This document shows positions 24,601 to 38,233 of a stretch of 64,000 nucleotides of DNA, in pieces (position 1 is the first letter of the stretch; every line of letters starts with the position of its first letter). The notes beneath the pieces were generated by a model that worked only from the letters and a program-made list of their open reading frames with translations, was not told the origin of the DNA and ran no database searches. Origin of the DNA: Scenedesmus sp. PABB004 (taxonomy: Eukaryota). The position numbers and the translations under genes were made by a program. Location of the stretch: the NCBI GenBank assembly GCA_014905635.1, contig JABVCE010000012.1, forward strand, positions 496,001-560,000. Direction: 5' to 3'.

Positions 24601-26111
24601 AGCATGGCGTACGCGGCGGCCGCGGGCGCGGGCGAGCACCTGCCGTTCCTCAGCAAGCTGGAGAGCCTCGCCAGCAGCGCGGTGCGCTCCGCCGGCAACA
24701 CGGGCGCCGACCTAATCGTAGTGTACACCGCCACGGGTGAGCGCCGCGCCGCCGCCGCGCCGTCCCGGGCTGCGCGCCAGGGCGGCTTGCAGGACCGCGC
24801 GGCAGCGGCGCGCAGGACAGCGGCGCGACTCGCAGGACCGCGCGCGGGCGGCCGGCTGCCAGGCCTGCGCCGTGCGCCAGCAGGGCCGCGCTCGGCCGAC
24901 GCGCCGCGCCCGCCACACCGCGCCCGGCGCGCCGCGCGCCGTCAGGGCGCACCGCGCAGCTGGTGGCCAAGTACCGCCCGCCCATGCCCATCCTCACGCT
25001 CGTGGTGCCGCGGCTCATCAACGATGGAATCAAGTGGCGCCTCGAGGGCAGGTGCGCCGTGGCGCCGGGCGCTGGGTGCTGGCGGCACTGCGTCGCCCCC
25101 ACTGGCGCCGGCGCCGGCGCCGGCACCTCGCCCGCTGCCGTGCCCGCGCCCTGCTCACTCCGCCCGCGCGGCGCCGCCGCCAGGTCCACCGCGCGCGCGT
25201 GCCAGCTCACGCGCGGCCTGCTGCCCATGCTGGCCACGCCGGGGCCCAACGGCGACGCCGTGCTCGAGGCCGCGGTCATCCAGGCGGCGCTGGCGGGCCT
25301 CGTGGCGCCGCGGCACCACGTGGTCGTGCTGCAGCAGGTGCACGAGGATTTCTGCGTGAAGGTGCGCCGAGGCGCCGCCGGCCGGGGCCCTGCCGCGACC
25401 CGTGCACGGGCACCTGCGGCTTGCCTGTTCTGCGCCCGCGCGCCCGCCGCCCCACCACACACCGCTGCCCTCGCCCCCCTCGCTTCGGCAGGTGCTCAGC
25501 CTCGACGCGACCGGGCGGCGCGTGCTCGGCTCCAACCTGCGCCTGCCGACCGCGGCGCCGCGCAGCACGCTGCGCCGGACCGCCTCGCGCAGCAGCAGCA
25601 CGGGTGCGCGCCGCGTCGCAGCGCCGCGTCGCCGCGCACGCCGGCACCGCCGCGCCGCCGCTCCCTGTGCCGACGCGGTGCCTGGCGGCCGCTGCCCCCG
25701 GCGCTGCGCAGGCGCGCTCATCGACAGTGACGGCGAGGTGGACGAGGAGGACGCGGAGGAGGCGGAGGCGGACTACCTCTCGGCCAGCGACGGCAGCTTC
25801 CAGCAGTCGGCGTCGATGCTCTACGACCAAAACGTGAGCCAGCCGCCCGTCCGCGGCGGCACCGCCGACCGCCGACGCGCGCGCGAGCACGGGCCGGCCG
25901 CCGACGCGCGCGTGCGCCCGCGCGCCGCCCCCGCGCGCAGGCAGGCAAGGCCGCGCGCAGCGCGCTGAGCGCGCGCGGCGTGGCGGTGCCGGCGCTCAAG
26001 GCGGCCGGCCTGGGCGGCGCGCACAAGCCGGCGAGCCCCGACACGCCGATTCGGGGCAACTCGATTGACCAGAACTCCAAGCGCGTCACCATCAGCCTCG
26101 CCGACGCGTGA
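21700..26111 (+). CDS. PYK: Pyruvate kinase (plant cytosolic-type subfamily), tandem copy 1, multi-exon
   Basis: [88 protein letters not shown]; last exon ends ...VTISLADA* at 26111. Confidence 0.9.
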
Positions 26112-26981
26112 GAGGCTGCAACGGCGGCGCGCTGGCTGCACGCTCTGGTCCGAGCCCTGGGTTCACTCTACCGGCTTTTGACAGCGGGGCGCGGGATGCG
26201 GAGCGGGGGCGCGGCGGCGCTCCGAGCTCGCGAGGAGGCCGGGGAGCGCGCATGCGTGGCGGGGGCGGGCGCGTGCGTGTGGTGGTGTTTTTTTGTTGTG
26301 TGTTGCGTGGAGGCGGCCCCCGCCGACGGTTTTTGCTTGCCTGCACGCGCGCGCGTAGGGCGCACATCGATCGGTCTTCTTTTGAGGTCTGCACACACAA
26401 CGGCGCGCCGCGCCCCTCACGATCTGTCCAGCGTGCACGCGCCCAGCGCGCTACCCACGCCCTGCACTCACTCTGCACACGCACAGCCACCACGCACGCA
26501 CAACGCACGCAACGCACGGACCGGGCTGCGCGGTGAAGCGCGGGTTGATGAAGCGCGGCGGCACGACGCGCCGGCGGCGGACTGACGTGCAACACGCCTC
26601 ACGCGTGCGTGCCCCCGGCTCCCACGCACCCGCCCCTGGGCGCCTCCGTGACCGCGCAGCCGCCCTCGACAGCAACCTCGACAGCAGCAGGGCGGCCCCG
26701 CGCACTCGGGCGGCGTCTGGCCCCCTGCGCGCTCTCCGGCACCAAGCAAAGGAGTCTAAGTCGCCACCGCCAGCGCGCGACGCGCGTGGAGCAGCAGGTT
26801 AGCGGGGCGGGGCGCGCGCGACCGCGCATCGCGCCAGCGCCACTGCCGCCGATCCGGGCGCTGCGCCGCGCCGCTGCGCCCTCACGCGGTGCCAAAACTC
26901 TCGCTGGCATCGCCGGCTGCCAGCGTCAGGCCTGACGCCGCCCTTCGCCGCCGCCGCTGCTGCGCAGCAGCACACGCCGCG

Positions 26982-29900
26982 ATGGCTCGCCGCGCCGCGC
27001 ACTCGCTCAGCGGCGCCAAGGCGAAGCAGCACTTCTTTGCGTGCCAGGACATGACCAGCGTGATCACGCCCGCCGACGACCGGCAGGGCGCGTTCACGGG
27101 TGCGCTGACCGGCCGCTGCGCACGCCGCGCGCGCCGCTGCCCCGCCGCGGCCCCCCTCCCTCTCGGCTGTGCTGTGATGCGCCGCCACACCGCCACGCCG
27201 CCGCGCCGCGCAGCGACCAAGCTGGTGTGCTCGCTGGGGCCGAGCAGCCACAGCGTGGGCGTGCTCGAGGAGATGCTGCGCGCGGGCATGGTCGCGGCGC
27301 GCATCGACCTCACCTGGGGCGGCCTCGACTTCCACCGCGCGACGCTGCAGGCCCTCAACGTGCGGCGCGGCGCGAGCGACCGCAGGCAGCGGGCCGCGCG
27401 TGCGCGTGCGCATTGCGGCCGCCGACGCAGCCCGCTCGGCACCCGCTGCCGCGCCGGCCCGCAGGCGGCGATGGCGAGCACCAAGCGCCTCTGCGCCATC
27501 ATGCTCGACACGCTCGGCCGCGAGATGATGGTCCGCCGCCCCTGCGTGCTGGGCGACGACGGCTGGCCGCTGCACCCCGCGCCGCTCGACATCGCCGCCG
27601 GCGCGCGCGTCACGCTCACGACGCGCGCCGACGCCGAGGCGAGCTCCGAGCTGCTGCCCATGACCTACGCGCACCTGCACAACATGTGCGAGGCGGGCGA
27701 CACCATCTACATCGGCCGGTGAGCCGCCGCCGCCGCCGCCGGGGTGCTGGCGGGCGCGCCGCCGCGGCTGCGGAGCTGCGGTCTGACGCGTCGCTGGCCC
27801 GCCGCGCAGGTACCTCGTGTGCGGCGCCGACAGCGCGTCGCTGTACCTCAAGGTGCTGTCGGTGGAGGGCCAGGACATCGTGTGCGAGGCCCAGAACAGC
27901 GCGGTCATGGACGGCCTCATGACGGTGCGGCGCCCGCTCGCAGGACGGCGCTTGCAGGACGGCGCTTGCAGGACGGCGCACGAAGGGCCGCAGGGCAACA
28001 GCTCACATGCACGCCGCGGCGCAGGTCTTCCACATGGAGCGCTCCAGCGACAGCCTGTGCAACCTGCAGAGCAACCTCCCGCTGCTGAGTGACTACGACC
28101 GCGAGGCGATTGAGGCGCTGGGGCGGGAGTTTGAGGTGGACTTTGTCAACCTGGCCTTCACCCGCACGCGGTAAGCCGCGCCGCGGGGCGCGCCGGCGCG
28201 CGCGCACCCGGGCGGTCGGGGGCTCGCAAGCAGCCAGCCAGCGGCAGCGCCGCGCGGCACGGGCGGCTCGCCGGCGAGCAGTCGCGCTCGCCCGAGCGCT
28301 GCGCGCTCGTCGCCGCGCCCGCCGCCGGCGGCGCAGGGAGGACGTGCGTGAGGCGCGCGCGTTCCTGGACTCTGTGGGCATGGCGTCGACGCGCGTGCTG
28401 GCCAAGGTCGAGACGCGCCAGGCGCTGCTCAACTTCAGGGGCATCCTCGCCAGCGCCGACGGCGTGGTCATCAGCAGGCGCGCGCGCGGCGCGCGGCGCG
28501 TCCTGCAAGCGTCCTGCAAGCGCGCGCGCGCGCGGGTGGGCCGCCGCCCTGCGCGCGCGCGCGCCGAGCGCCGCCCGACGAGCCGGGCGGGCGTGCGCGG
28601 CCCGCGCGCAGGGGCAACATCGGCCTGGACGTCGCGCCGGAGAAGATGGCGCTGGTGCAGAAGCAGCTGATCAGCAACTGCAACCTCATGGGCAAGCCGG
28701 TGCTCATCACGCGCGTGGTGGACAGCATGGTCACCAACCCCCGCCCCACGCGCGCAGAGGCGACGGGTGCGGGAGCCGCACCACCGCCACCGCATGCTCC
28801 GCGCGCTGCGCGCCGCCGCGGGCTCCACACCGCCGCTGGCTGACGCACGCGCGCCCGCGCCGGCGTGCAGACATCGCCAACGCGGTGCTCGACGGCGTGG
28901 ACGGCATCCTGCTGGGCGCGGAGACGCTGCGCGGGGCCAACCCCGTCGCCGCGGTGCGCACGATCGCGACGATCTGCAGGTGCGCGCGACCGCCGCCTGC
29001 CGGCCGCCGGCCGCCGCCGCCCGCCGCGCGTCCGCCCCCTCACCTTCCGCCCCGTGTCCGCCCGGCTTCCTCGCGTACGCAGGGTCGCGGAGGGCGTGTT
29101 TGACCACGCCAGCCACTACGACCACCTCATGGACGCGGCGCAGGAGATGGACGCCGTCATGCGCGCCGCCGCGCAGGCCACCGCCGCGCCGCCGGCGCTG
29201 CAGCAGGCGCACTCGCCGCGCCGCCGCGCGGGGAGCAGCGGCGGCGGCGCGGCGGCGCCCGGCGCGCGCGGCGTCGCGTTTGCGGCGCCCGACGGCGGCG
29301 GCAACGGCGGCGGGAGCGGCGTCGGCAGCGACGACGACATGATGTGAGGCGGGCTGTGCCTGCCGCTCCGCGCGCACCGCCTGGCCCGGCCTGCCCGCGC
29401 GCGCAGGCCCGCCGCCACCGCGGGCCACACCGCGGCCGCCCGCCCGCCCGCCCGCCCGCCCGCGCCGCGCGCCCGCAGCGCCAGCAGCGGCGCCTCGCCG
29501 GCGGGCTCCCACGCCGACGTGCGCGCCCTCAACGGCAGCGGCGGCGGCGGCGGTGGCAGGGGCTCGTCCGGCGACATCGCGGGGAGCTACTCCAACCTGC
29601 GGGTGCGCGCCGCGCCGCCGCGGCCCCCGCCCGAGCGCCGAGCGCCGCGCACGTCCTCTCACGCGCCGCGCGCCGCGCACGTCCCCTCACACGCCCGCGC
29701 GGCGCTGCAGGGTCTCATCCACAGCAGCAGCTACGCCAGCCTGGCGGCGGCGTACCAGGAGGTCCACGCGTTCGCCGCCTTTGGCGGCGCCGGCTCGCGC
29801 AGCGTCGCGGCCTCGCTCAGCGCGCTCAAGGACGGCACCGCGCCGGGTGCGCCCGCTGCGCGCCGCTGCGCCGACGCGCCCGCACGCCGCCGCACCCGTG

Positions 29901-31374
29901 CGCCTGCCCACCGCCCCGCGCGCCCGCCCGCCGGCGCGTCCCGCGCAGGCGCCAAGCCCGGCGCCGGGCCGCAGTCCGAGCAGCTGCCCTTCCTGAGCAT
30001 GCTGGAGAGCCTCGCCAGCAGCGCGGTGCGCGTCGCGGGCAAGGTGGAGGCCGACCTGATCATCGTTTACACCGCCACGGGTGAGCCGACGCAGCACCGT
30101 TGATTGATTGGCCGCGCCCGCCGCGCCCTGTGCAGGGCCTGGCGGCGCGGCAGCGCGGCTGCGTGCGGCCGACGCGTCGCGGCCGCGCTCGGCCGACGCG
30201 CCGCGCCCGCCGCGCCGCGCCCGTCGCCGCGCGCCGTCAGGGCGCACCGCGCAGCTGGTGGCCAAGTACCGCCCGCCCATGCCCATCCTCACGCTCGTGG
30301 TGCCGCGCCTCATCAACGACGGCATCAAGTGGCGCCTCGAGGGCAGGTGCGCCGCGGTGCCGCGGCACCGGGCGCTTGGCAGTGAGTGCTGCGCTCCCGT
30401 GCCCAGCCGCGCCCACCTCACTCCGCCGCCGCGCCCCCGCCGCCAGGTCCACCGCGCGCGCGTGCCAGCTCACGCGCGGCCTGCTGCCCATGCTGGCCAC
30501 GCCGGGGCCCAACGGCGACGCCGTGCTCGAGGCCGCGGTCATCCAGGCGGCGCTGGCGGGCCTCGTGGCGCCGCGGCACCACGTGGTCGTGCTGCAGCAG
30601 ATTCACAACGACCTGTGTGTCAAGGTGGGGCCGGCGCACCGCCCCGCGCTGAGCGCTGCGCCGAGCGCGCCGGCGGCCGCCGCGGCGGTCCCCGTCGGGG
30701 CCGTTCACGCCCCGCCCCGCCTCTCACCCCTGCCTGCCCCCCCCCCTCCTCCACGCAAACACACGCACACGCACGCGCACGCGCACGCGCACGCGGCAGA
30801 TTCTCACGCTCGACGGCACGGGGCGTCGCGTGGCGGGGCCGCGCCGCGCGCGCGCGCCCGCGCCCGGCGGCCTCGTGCTCGGTGCCCTCTACCCCAAGTC
30901 GCCCGCGCCGCGCCTGCTCGCGCGCGCGGGGCGCGCCAGCACGGGTGCGCGAGTGCGCAAGCGCAGCCCCGCGGGGCGCCGCCCCGCCGCCGCCGGCGGC
31001 GCGCCTGAGCGCGGCGCGCCGCCGTGCCGCGCCGGCGCGCCCGCGCAGGCGCGCTGGTGGACAGCGAGGGCGACGAGGACGACGAGGACGAGGAGGGCGG
31101 GCTGTGGGGCGAGGCGCCGCTGCTGGCGGCGCTGGGCGACCTGCAGGCCTCCTGCAGCATCAGCTACGACGACGACGTGCGCGCGGCGCGGCGCGGCGCG
31201 GACGGCTGCGTGACGCGGGGGCGCCGCCGACGCGCGCATGCCGGCGGCCCGCCGCCGCCGCCGCCGCCGCCGCGCCCGCAGATGGGCCACGCCATCGCCG
31301 CCGTGCTGCGGCAGTCCCCCGGCCCGGCCAAGCCCGGCGGCGCCGGCGCCCAGGCGGCCGGCGCGCCCGCGTAG
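26982..31374 (+). CDS. PYK: Pyruvate kinase, tandem copy 2, multi-exon
   Basis: Same motifs and intron positions as copy 1; [10 protein letters not shown] motif; acidic C-terminal extension; stop at 31372-31374. Confidence 0.9.
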
Positions 31375-32753
31375 GGTCGCGGGGCCGGAGGCCTCGGCGC
31401 CGCCGACGGTCACGGACCAAGACCAGCATCGCTTGTGTGCATGCCTCTTGCACGGCGGGGCGCCATGAGTGCCCCACGTGCCTAGCCAGGCGGGACTTGG
31501 CGACCACGCTCCGCGCGGCGCGGCGCAGCAGGCGCGCTTGGCAGTCGAGCGCGCGCTTGGCAGTCGAGCGCGTGAGGTCGCAGCGGTGTGCCATCCTCCT
31601 CTTCACCACCCTGCCCTTGCGTTCGTGTGTCGCACTGCATTGCAAGCCTCCTAGGCAGGCGGCCGCCGGCGCCGCGCGGCAATGAAACGGGGGGACGATC
31701 GTGGTCAGCGCGGGATGCCTTGTTTGTGTGACGCGTGCAGTCGCCATATGGTGGTGTGTGGTGTGTGGCGGGCGCGGCGGGCTGCGTGCGCAGCGCGTCG
31801 CCTGCGCGATTGTTTCGGGGAGCACTGCGGATGGGGCGGCGGCAGCGGCGGTGGCGCAGGCGTGCGTCTCGCGCTCAGGCGGCGGTCGCTCCGGGGCAGC
31901 AGCAAGAGCAGCAGGTAGGTTGGTGCGCCGATGGGATGCGTGTGAGGCGCTTGCGTTAGTCTTTACACCAAGTGCGTGCGGCCACCAGGCCGGCCGCGTT
32001 GCAACCCCAGAGGCCCACGACGCACCTCCGCCCCGCCGTCGTTGAGTAGTGCTGGGCAGTGTGGGGAAGTGCTGCCGAGTCCGCCGCGAGGTTGTCGCAC
32101 GCTGCACAGCGCGCATGCGGCGGCATGCAATGGAATGCAGTCATTCGGTCAACAGGCTGTACACGCTGGGGCCACCGGGGTGGGTGGCGTCAGCGGTTTA
32201 GGGCGTCAGCGGTTCTGCACATACTCCAGCCCGCCGGGCACGCGGCGGCGCGGGTCAAGCGCCGGCACACCCACCCCGCGAGCCCAGCCCGCCCCTCCGC
32301 GGCTGCAGCGGTGGCCTGCATTCGTGACAAAGTGATGACGAGTCAATCCAGACAGTGGAGGGCGCCGCCGCCCTCAGTGGCGGGAGCGGCAGCCGCCGTG
32401 CGCCCCTGCCAGACGAGGTTCAGCCCGCCGACGGCCAGCGCCCCGCGCCTGCCGAGCTCTGCGCCTCGGCCGGTTGAGGGTTGGGGCGCCGCTGCTCAGA
32501 GCGGCGCCCCGCCGGCCAGCGCCCCGTGCCTGCCGAGTTTGGCGGCGCCGCCGCGGTCAATGCAGCTAGCAGCCCCGCCGCGCGCGGCGCACGCCCGCGC
32601 CGCCCAGGCCGAGAGCTCAGCACAACGAATGACGAAGAGAGGCAAGCGCTGCCGCCGCGGGCGGGCGTGATTGATAGATAGAGCCACCGTGCGGGGCACA
32701 ATTGCGCCACCGCCGCGTGGGGCGGCCGGCATGCCGGCCGGCAGTTGCACCGC

Positions 32754-35533
32754 TCACGGGTCAGCGGCGGTGGTGCACACCGTCTGGCCGGTCGCGCCGC
32801 GCGTGGTGTTGTAGATCGCCAGCACGCTGCCGCACGGCCGGCAGGCCGCGTCGGGCGTGCCGCCGGGGCTGAACGTGTCTGGCGGGCACGGCCCGGGCAC
32901 GGCCCGCGTCGTCGCCGCCGCGCCGCCGCCGCCGGGCGCGAGCGTGACGTTGGCCCAGCCCCAGCCCGGCTGCAGCACGCACGCCGCGTCGCCGGCGTAC
33001 GCCTTGAGCGCGCCGCCGGCGTCGCGCACGGCGACGGCGCCGAGCGCCGCGGCGCAGTCGGCGCCCGCGGTCGGCCCCCACCACGGCACGTCGGCGACGC
33101 CGTCGCAGCGCGTGACGAGGTTGGGCGGGCACGTCTGGCAGGGGCGCACGGCCGCGCCGTAGCGGTCGGCGGGCAGGCCGTAGAAGGCGTCGCCGGTGGG
33201 GCAGAACATCGCGACCAGGCGCGGCGCCGCCTGCTGCGCGTCGCTCGAGTCCCCCGGGCGCAGCTGGCTGCCCATGCCGCGGCGCAGGTCTGCGGCGGCA
33301 GGGCGCGGCCGGCGCGGGCGGCGTGGGCGGCGGGCGGGGCCGCCTGGCCAGGCCCGCCCCCTCCCCTCCCACCCCTGGCGGCGGCGCGGCGCGCGGCGCC
33401 ACTCACAGCACGAGTCCGAGCTCCCCCGCACGAGCAGCGTGCGCGCAACGCGGCCGGTGTGTGGGTCAAGCAGCGCCACGCCGACCGTGCGGTTGCTCCT
33501 CCACCCGTCGCCGTCGCCGGGCAGCGGCACGCCGCCGAGCGCGGCGCCCGGGCTGGGCTGCTCCACGGGGTTGGCGCCGCAGGGCGTGCAGGCGCTCGGC
33601 CGGCCCCAGGCGTCGCTGAACCAGCCGTCTGGGCACTCCACCACGCGCGGCGCGGCGCTCACGCCGTCGCCGGCGACGTAAAAGCCCGGCGGCGCGACTG
33701 CGGACGCGGCGGAGGTGGCGTGTGAGCCTCTGCGCGCGGCCGCCGCGCGCGCCGTGCGTGCGCTGCCGCCGCCGCTGCAGCGGCCCCCGCCGGGGGCGAG
33801 GGGTGACGGCGCGCACCGCACTGCTCCGCCGACGTGGCGCCCTCGGCCGCGGTGACGAGCCCGGGGCCATCGCCGAGCGTCGGGCAGCGCTGCGGCACGC
33901 CCGCGCCGCCGGCAAAGGGACTGCCGCCCGCGCAGACGTAGCCCTGCGGGCAGGGCCGCGCTGCGGCGACGGCGTCGCCCGGGCCGCCGCCCTCGAGCAT
34001 CACCACGCCCCTGTCACTGACGGCGGCAAAGCCGGGCTCCACGTCTGATGACGGGCGTGGGCGCGCGGGCGGGTGCGGGCGGGCGTGGGCGGGCGTGGGC
34101 GGGCGTGGGCGGGCGTGGGCGGGCGTGGGCGGGCGTGGGCGGGCGTGGGCGGGCGTGGGCGGGCGTGGGCGGGCGGCCGGCGTGCACGGCGGCCTGCCCT
34201 CTGCCTGGCAGCAGCCCCCGCCCGACCGGACACCCGCCCCCTGCCTCCAGAGCCCGCCCGCGCACGTGTGCAGTCGGCGGCGGAGGTCGCGCCCACGCTC
34301 GCCGTGGTGAGGCCGGGGCTGGTCGCCGCGCAGCGCGCGCACTCGGCGCCGCTGCCGGTCCAGCCGCTGCTCCAGCTGCCGCGCGGGCAGGGCACCACGC
34401 CGCCGTCCTGCAGCACAAACCCGGGCGGCGCAACTGCGGGGCGCAGCGGCGCGGCCCGCGTGAGCGAGCGTCGGCGCCGAGGCCGGGCCGGGCCGGGCCG
34501 CGCGCGCCGCGCGGCGGCAGGCGCGCAGCGGCGCGGGCGCTCACGGCAGACGCTGCTGTTGGTGTGCGTGCCGGCGACGTTGGCGGGGTCGGTTTCCATG
34601 CCAGAGGGGCAGGGCGTGCACTGCGTCTGCCAGCCGAAGCCGGCCGAGTAGGTGTTGGGCCCGCACGGCTCCACGCCCGGGTCTGTGGTGCTGGGCACGT
34701 AGCGGTAGCCCGGCGGATTCGCTGCGCGGCGACGGCGACGACGCGGCGGCAGCGTGTGAGCGTGCTGGGGTGGTCGGCGCCGGGGCAGCGCGCCGCGGGC
34801 GGCCGCCGCACCGCAGAGCCGCCGGCTCGCCGCGCCCTCGCGCGCCGTGACGAGCGCGCCGCCGCACGGCACAGGGCGCGAGTTGATCGGGCACCAGCTG
34901 TTGCGGGGGCAGGGCATGCAGCCGCCGGTGGCGCGGTAGCGCCCCGGCGCGCACACTGCGGGCGGCGCGCGCGTGCGGGGGCGCGTCAGCGTGCGCGCCG
35001 CCGCCGCTGCTTCCTCCACCTCCAGGGCTCCCCGCCGGCCGCTCGCCACGCACCGCAGGCGCGGCCGTCCCGGAAGCGGGCGAAGCCCGCGGCGCAGTTC
35101 AGGCACCGCCAGCCACGGCTGCGGGAGAACAGACAGGCGCTGGCCTCCGGCGCGCAGTTGTCGACGGGGCACCAGCTGCTCTGCGCCAGCGCCCGCGCGG
35201 GGCGCGCCGCGCCTGCGACGCGCCGCAGCGGCGGCGGGACGGGCGGGTGAGCACTCTCCCGCGGCACCTTGCGCGAGCGCGGGCGATCAGGCGGGCTGCC
35301 AGAAGCATGACCGACGAGGCGCCGTGACAGACGGGGCCGCGCAGCGGCCGTGGCAAGCACGGCCGCTGCGGCGCCTGCCGCGCCGCGTCCGGCCGCAGGC
35401 GCACGCCCGCTCGCCGCCCACAGACTCCCACGCGCCGCCGCTCACCAACGGCAGCGGCCTGCTGCTGCGCGGCGGCGAGGACGAGCAGCCAGAGCGCCCA
35501 GAGCGCCCTGACCTGCCCCCGCCGCGCCCTCAT
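32754..35533 (-). CDS. Secreted cysteine-rich repeat protein (GCC2/GCC3, ephrin-receptor-like CxxCP repeats), multi-exon
   Basis: Signal peptide MRARRGQVRALWALWLLVLAAA; repeated CPxG/CxxC modules (CMPCPRNSWCP, CGPNTYSAG...CTPCPSG, CPRGSWSSG, CPDGWFSD, CPPDTFSPG); TGTAA at 31963-31967 (-). Confidence 0.7.
34073..34175. repeat. Intronic 10-bp tandem repeat (GGGCGTGGGC)n, about 9 units
   Basis: Directly visible at 34081-34170. Confidence 0.9.
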
Positions 35534-36437
35534 GCCGCGCGGCGCCGTCGGGAGCGCTGTTTCGACATATAGAGGTGGTGATCGATGCCTCCGGCCGCTG
35601 CGCGCCAACACCCCGCGCTGTTGGCTGGCGGTCTGCGCTCTCACGCGCAGGGGTCGAATGGCACCCGGTGTGGCGCGGCTGCGGCGTCGCGGGGGCGGTG
35701 CGGCGCGGTCGTGAGGCTGGCCGATCGTCCTACGCGTCCGAGAGCGTGCGGGCTGGCCGGCCGCTGGCCTGCAGAGGAGCGGGCACCCGAAAGGTGGACG
35801 GGCGCATCCGCCAGGCGGTCCTGCCGCACGCGCCCCGCCCAGCGCGCCTGCGATAGCTCCAAATTTGGTCTGCCTGCGCCGTGGCCGCCCGGGCGCGCCG
35901 AACAGAGCGGCTGCGGCGGGGCGCGGGAGCCAAGTTCAGCGCGAGTTCCCAGTCAGGACGCCTGAGAGTTCAGGCCGAGCTCGGCCCGCGCCTCCGCGCG
36001 CGCCAGGCTGGTGGGCGCGCCGGCCGGCCTGACCGTCCAGGCCGCGCGGGCAGCGCGCGCGGGCGGCGGCACCCGGCGCCGCCGCCGCGGCGACGCACGT
36101 GCGGTCAGGCGATGCCGCGGTGGTGTGATGACCCAGGCGCCGCCGCCGCCGCCGCCAGCCGGCCCTGTCCCGGCCCTGCGCTAGCAGGGCTGACGGGCGC
36201 GGCGCGGCGCGGCGACGTGCCGCCGCCGCCAGCGACGGCGCGGGAGCGCGACCCGCCCAGGAGCGGTGCGTGCGCGGTGTGCCGGTTGCCAGCACGCGCC
36301 GCCGCGCCGCCGCCAACTTCGAAGTTGGGAATTCCCTCTCCCTCTCCCTCGAAGCACACACGCGCACGCACCACCGCGCCGCAGGCAGCGCCCCGCGCAC
36401 GCGCGCGCGCCCAGCCACGGCCTGCCTCGCCCTTATC

Positions 36438-37519
36438 TCAGTCCGCGTCCGAGCTGAGCTGATCGAAATCCCAGTCCGGCTCGTCGTCCGGCGAGTCAGG
36501 CTGCGCCCGGATCCACGCGGCCAGGGCCTCGTGGCCGTTGCGCGCCGCCGCGCGCTCGCAATCGCCACGCTCCCACGCGCAGCCGTGTGCGCGCAGCCAG
36601 CGCAGCGCCTCCAGGTGCCCGTGCGCAGCCGCCACCCCACACGTCTGCTTGTCCCACGGCGCTGGCTCGGCCTGGGCACGCGCCCAGCGCAGCATCTGCA
36701 GGTCGCCGCGTGCCGTGGCGTAGAAGCACACCGCCTGGTCCCAGCGCAGCGGCGGCGTCCGCGCGCGCCCAGCGCAGCACCGCCAGCTGCCCCCCAGAGG
36801 CTGCTTCTTCGCACACGCCCTCCAGGTCCAGCCCCTGGTCGCGCGCCCACTGCAACACAGCGATGTGGCCAGTGCGCGCTGCTGCGTCGCACACGCCCCA
36901 CAGGTCCAGCCCCTCGCCGCGCGCCCACTCCAGCACAACAACCTGGCCGTGCTCCGCTGCTTGCCAGCACACACCGCGCAGGTCGCAACCCGCGCGGCGC
37001 AGCCAGGCCAGCCCCGCCACGTCGCCGCACGCTGTGCGCGCCCCTTTCAGACGCCACTGCCGCCGCTCGTCATCCTGCACCGCCGGCCAGGCCTCCTGCA
37101 CCGCCGCCAGCGGCAGGTCGGGGCAGCGCAGCGAGATGACCTCGGCGCCGCGGAAGCGCTCGCGCGCGGCCTTGCAGACCAGCTTGGCGGCCCACGCCCG
37201 CAGGGCCGGCGGCAGGAAGCTCAGGACGTGGAGCACGAGCGGCTCGGGCAGCTCTGGCAGCAGGCTGGCAGCGGGGCGGGCAGGCAGTGGGTGGGGCAGG
37301 CGGCAGTGCGGTGAGGACGCGCCTGATGCCGGCGGTGGTGGCTTGCGGGCAGCGCGTGCCGCGCCAGGCAGCACCAGCCAGCGGGCACCAGCAGCAGCGG
37401 ACGCACCTCGGCGCCGCCTCCGCCCCAGCCGGTGCCTCGCCTCCCACCGCCGCTGCGGCTGCCGCGTGCGCGCCCGCAGTCGGCCCGGCGCGCCGCTTGC
37501 CCGCCGGCGCAGCTGACAT
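36438..37519 (-). pseudogene. F-box-like/ankyrin protein, copy D; frameshift near 36760
   Basis: [19 protein letters not shown] in ORF 36496..38316 and the C-terminal repeats in ORF 36438..36974. The frame changes within a GC-dinucleotide run that is shorter than in the paralogs. Confidence 0.7.
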
Positions 37520-38233
37520 GGTGCCACCTGACAGCCGCGGGCCACTAGGGAGCAGCAGGCGGGGCGCCGGCAGCAGCGGGCGAGCGCGCGGGCGGCGTGA
37601 GCGCGGCAGCAGCGGCAGCAGCGCGTGGCGCCCGCCCCCGCCCCAGCGCGGCGGCGCGGCGGCGGGCCCGCCAGCGGCGCCCGGGGCGCACAGGCCCAGC
37701 GGCCCACGCGCGACACGCCCGCCCGCCGCGCAGCGCCGCTGCCCCGCCGCCCGCAGCGGGCGCCGCGCAGCGCGGCTCGCCCGCCCGATGCTCCCCTCAC
37801 CGCCTGCCTGCGCGCCTGGCTCGCCTGGCGCTGCGCTGGGCGGGACGATCCAGTCACCAGGCGTCCGCAGGTCCGCGCCTCGTCTCGCCAGAGGCGCGCC
37901 GCGGGCGGGCGCGGGCGCTGGGCTGCAGCGGCACGGCGCGTGCGGGAGCTGTGCGGGCTGCGGCCGGCGCTTGTGCGTGTGCGTGTGTGGCAGGGGCGCT
38001 GTGGGCGGCGGCTGTGTGGGCGGCGGGGAGCCTCCTCGGCGGCGGCGCGGGCAGCCGGCCGGGCGGCGCCTGCGCCCTGGCCCTGCACCGCCGCCGCTCG
38101 CGGCTGCCGGGCGGGTGCTGGTCGGCGAGCCCGGAAAGCAACCCCTCTTCTTACACACGCATGCAGGCGGCTGCCAACACAACGGCCACGACCTGGTGCC
38201 ACGCACCCCCCGACGCCCGCCTCGGCGCCCGAC

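Noticed and set aside
31375..32750. Possible gene or ncRNA in the lower-GC interval between PYK2 and the Cys-rich gene
   Set aside because: No recognisable coding motifs or RNA structure; consistent with convergent 3' UTRs (TGTAA at 31963-31967 on -), with only a 20-bp tandem duplication near 31533-31572.
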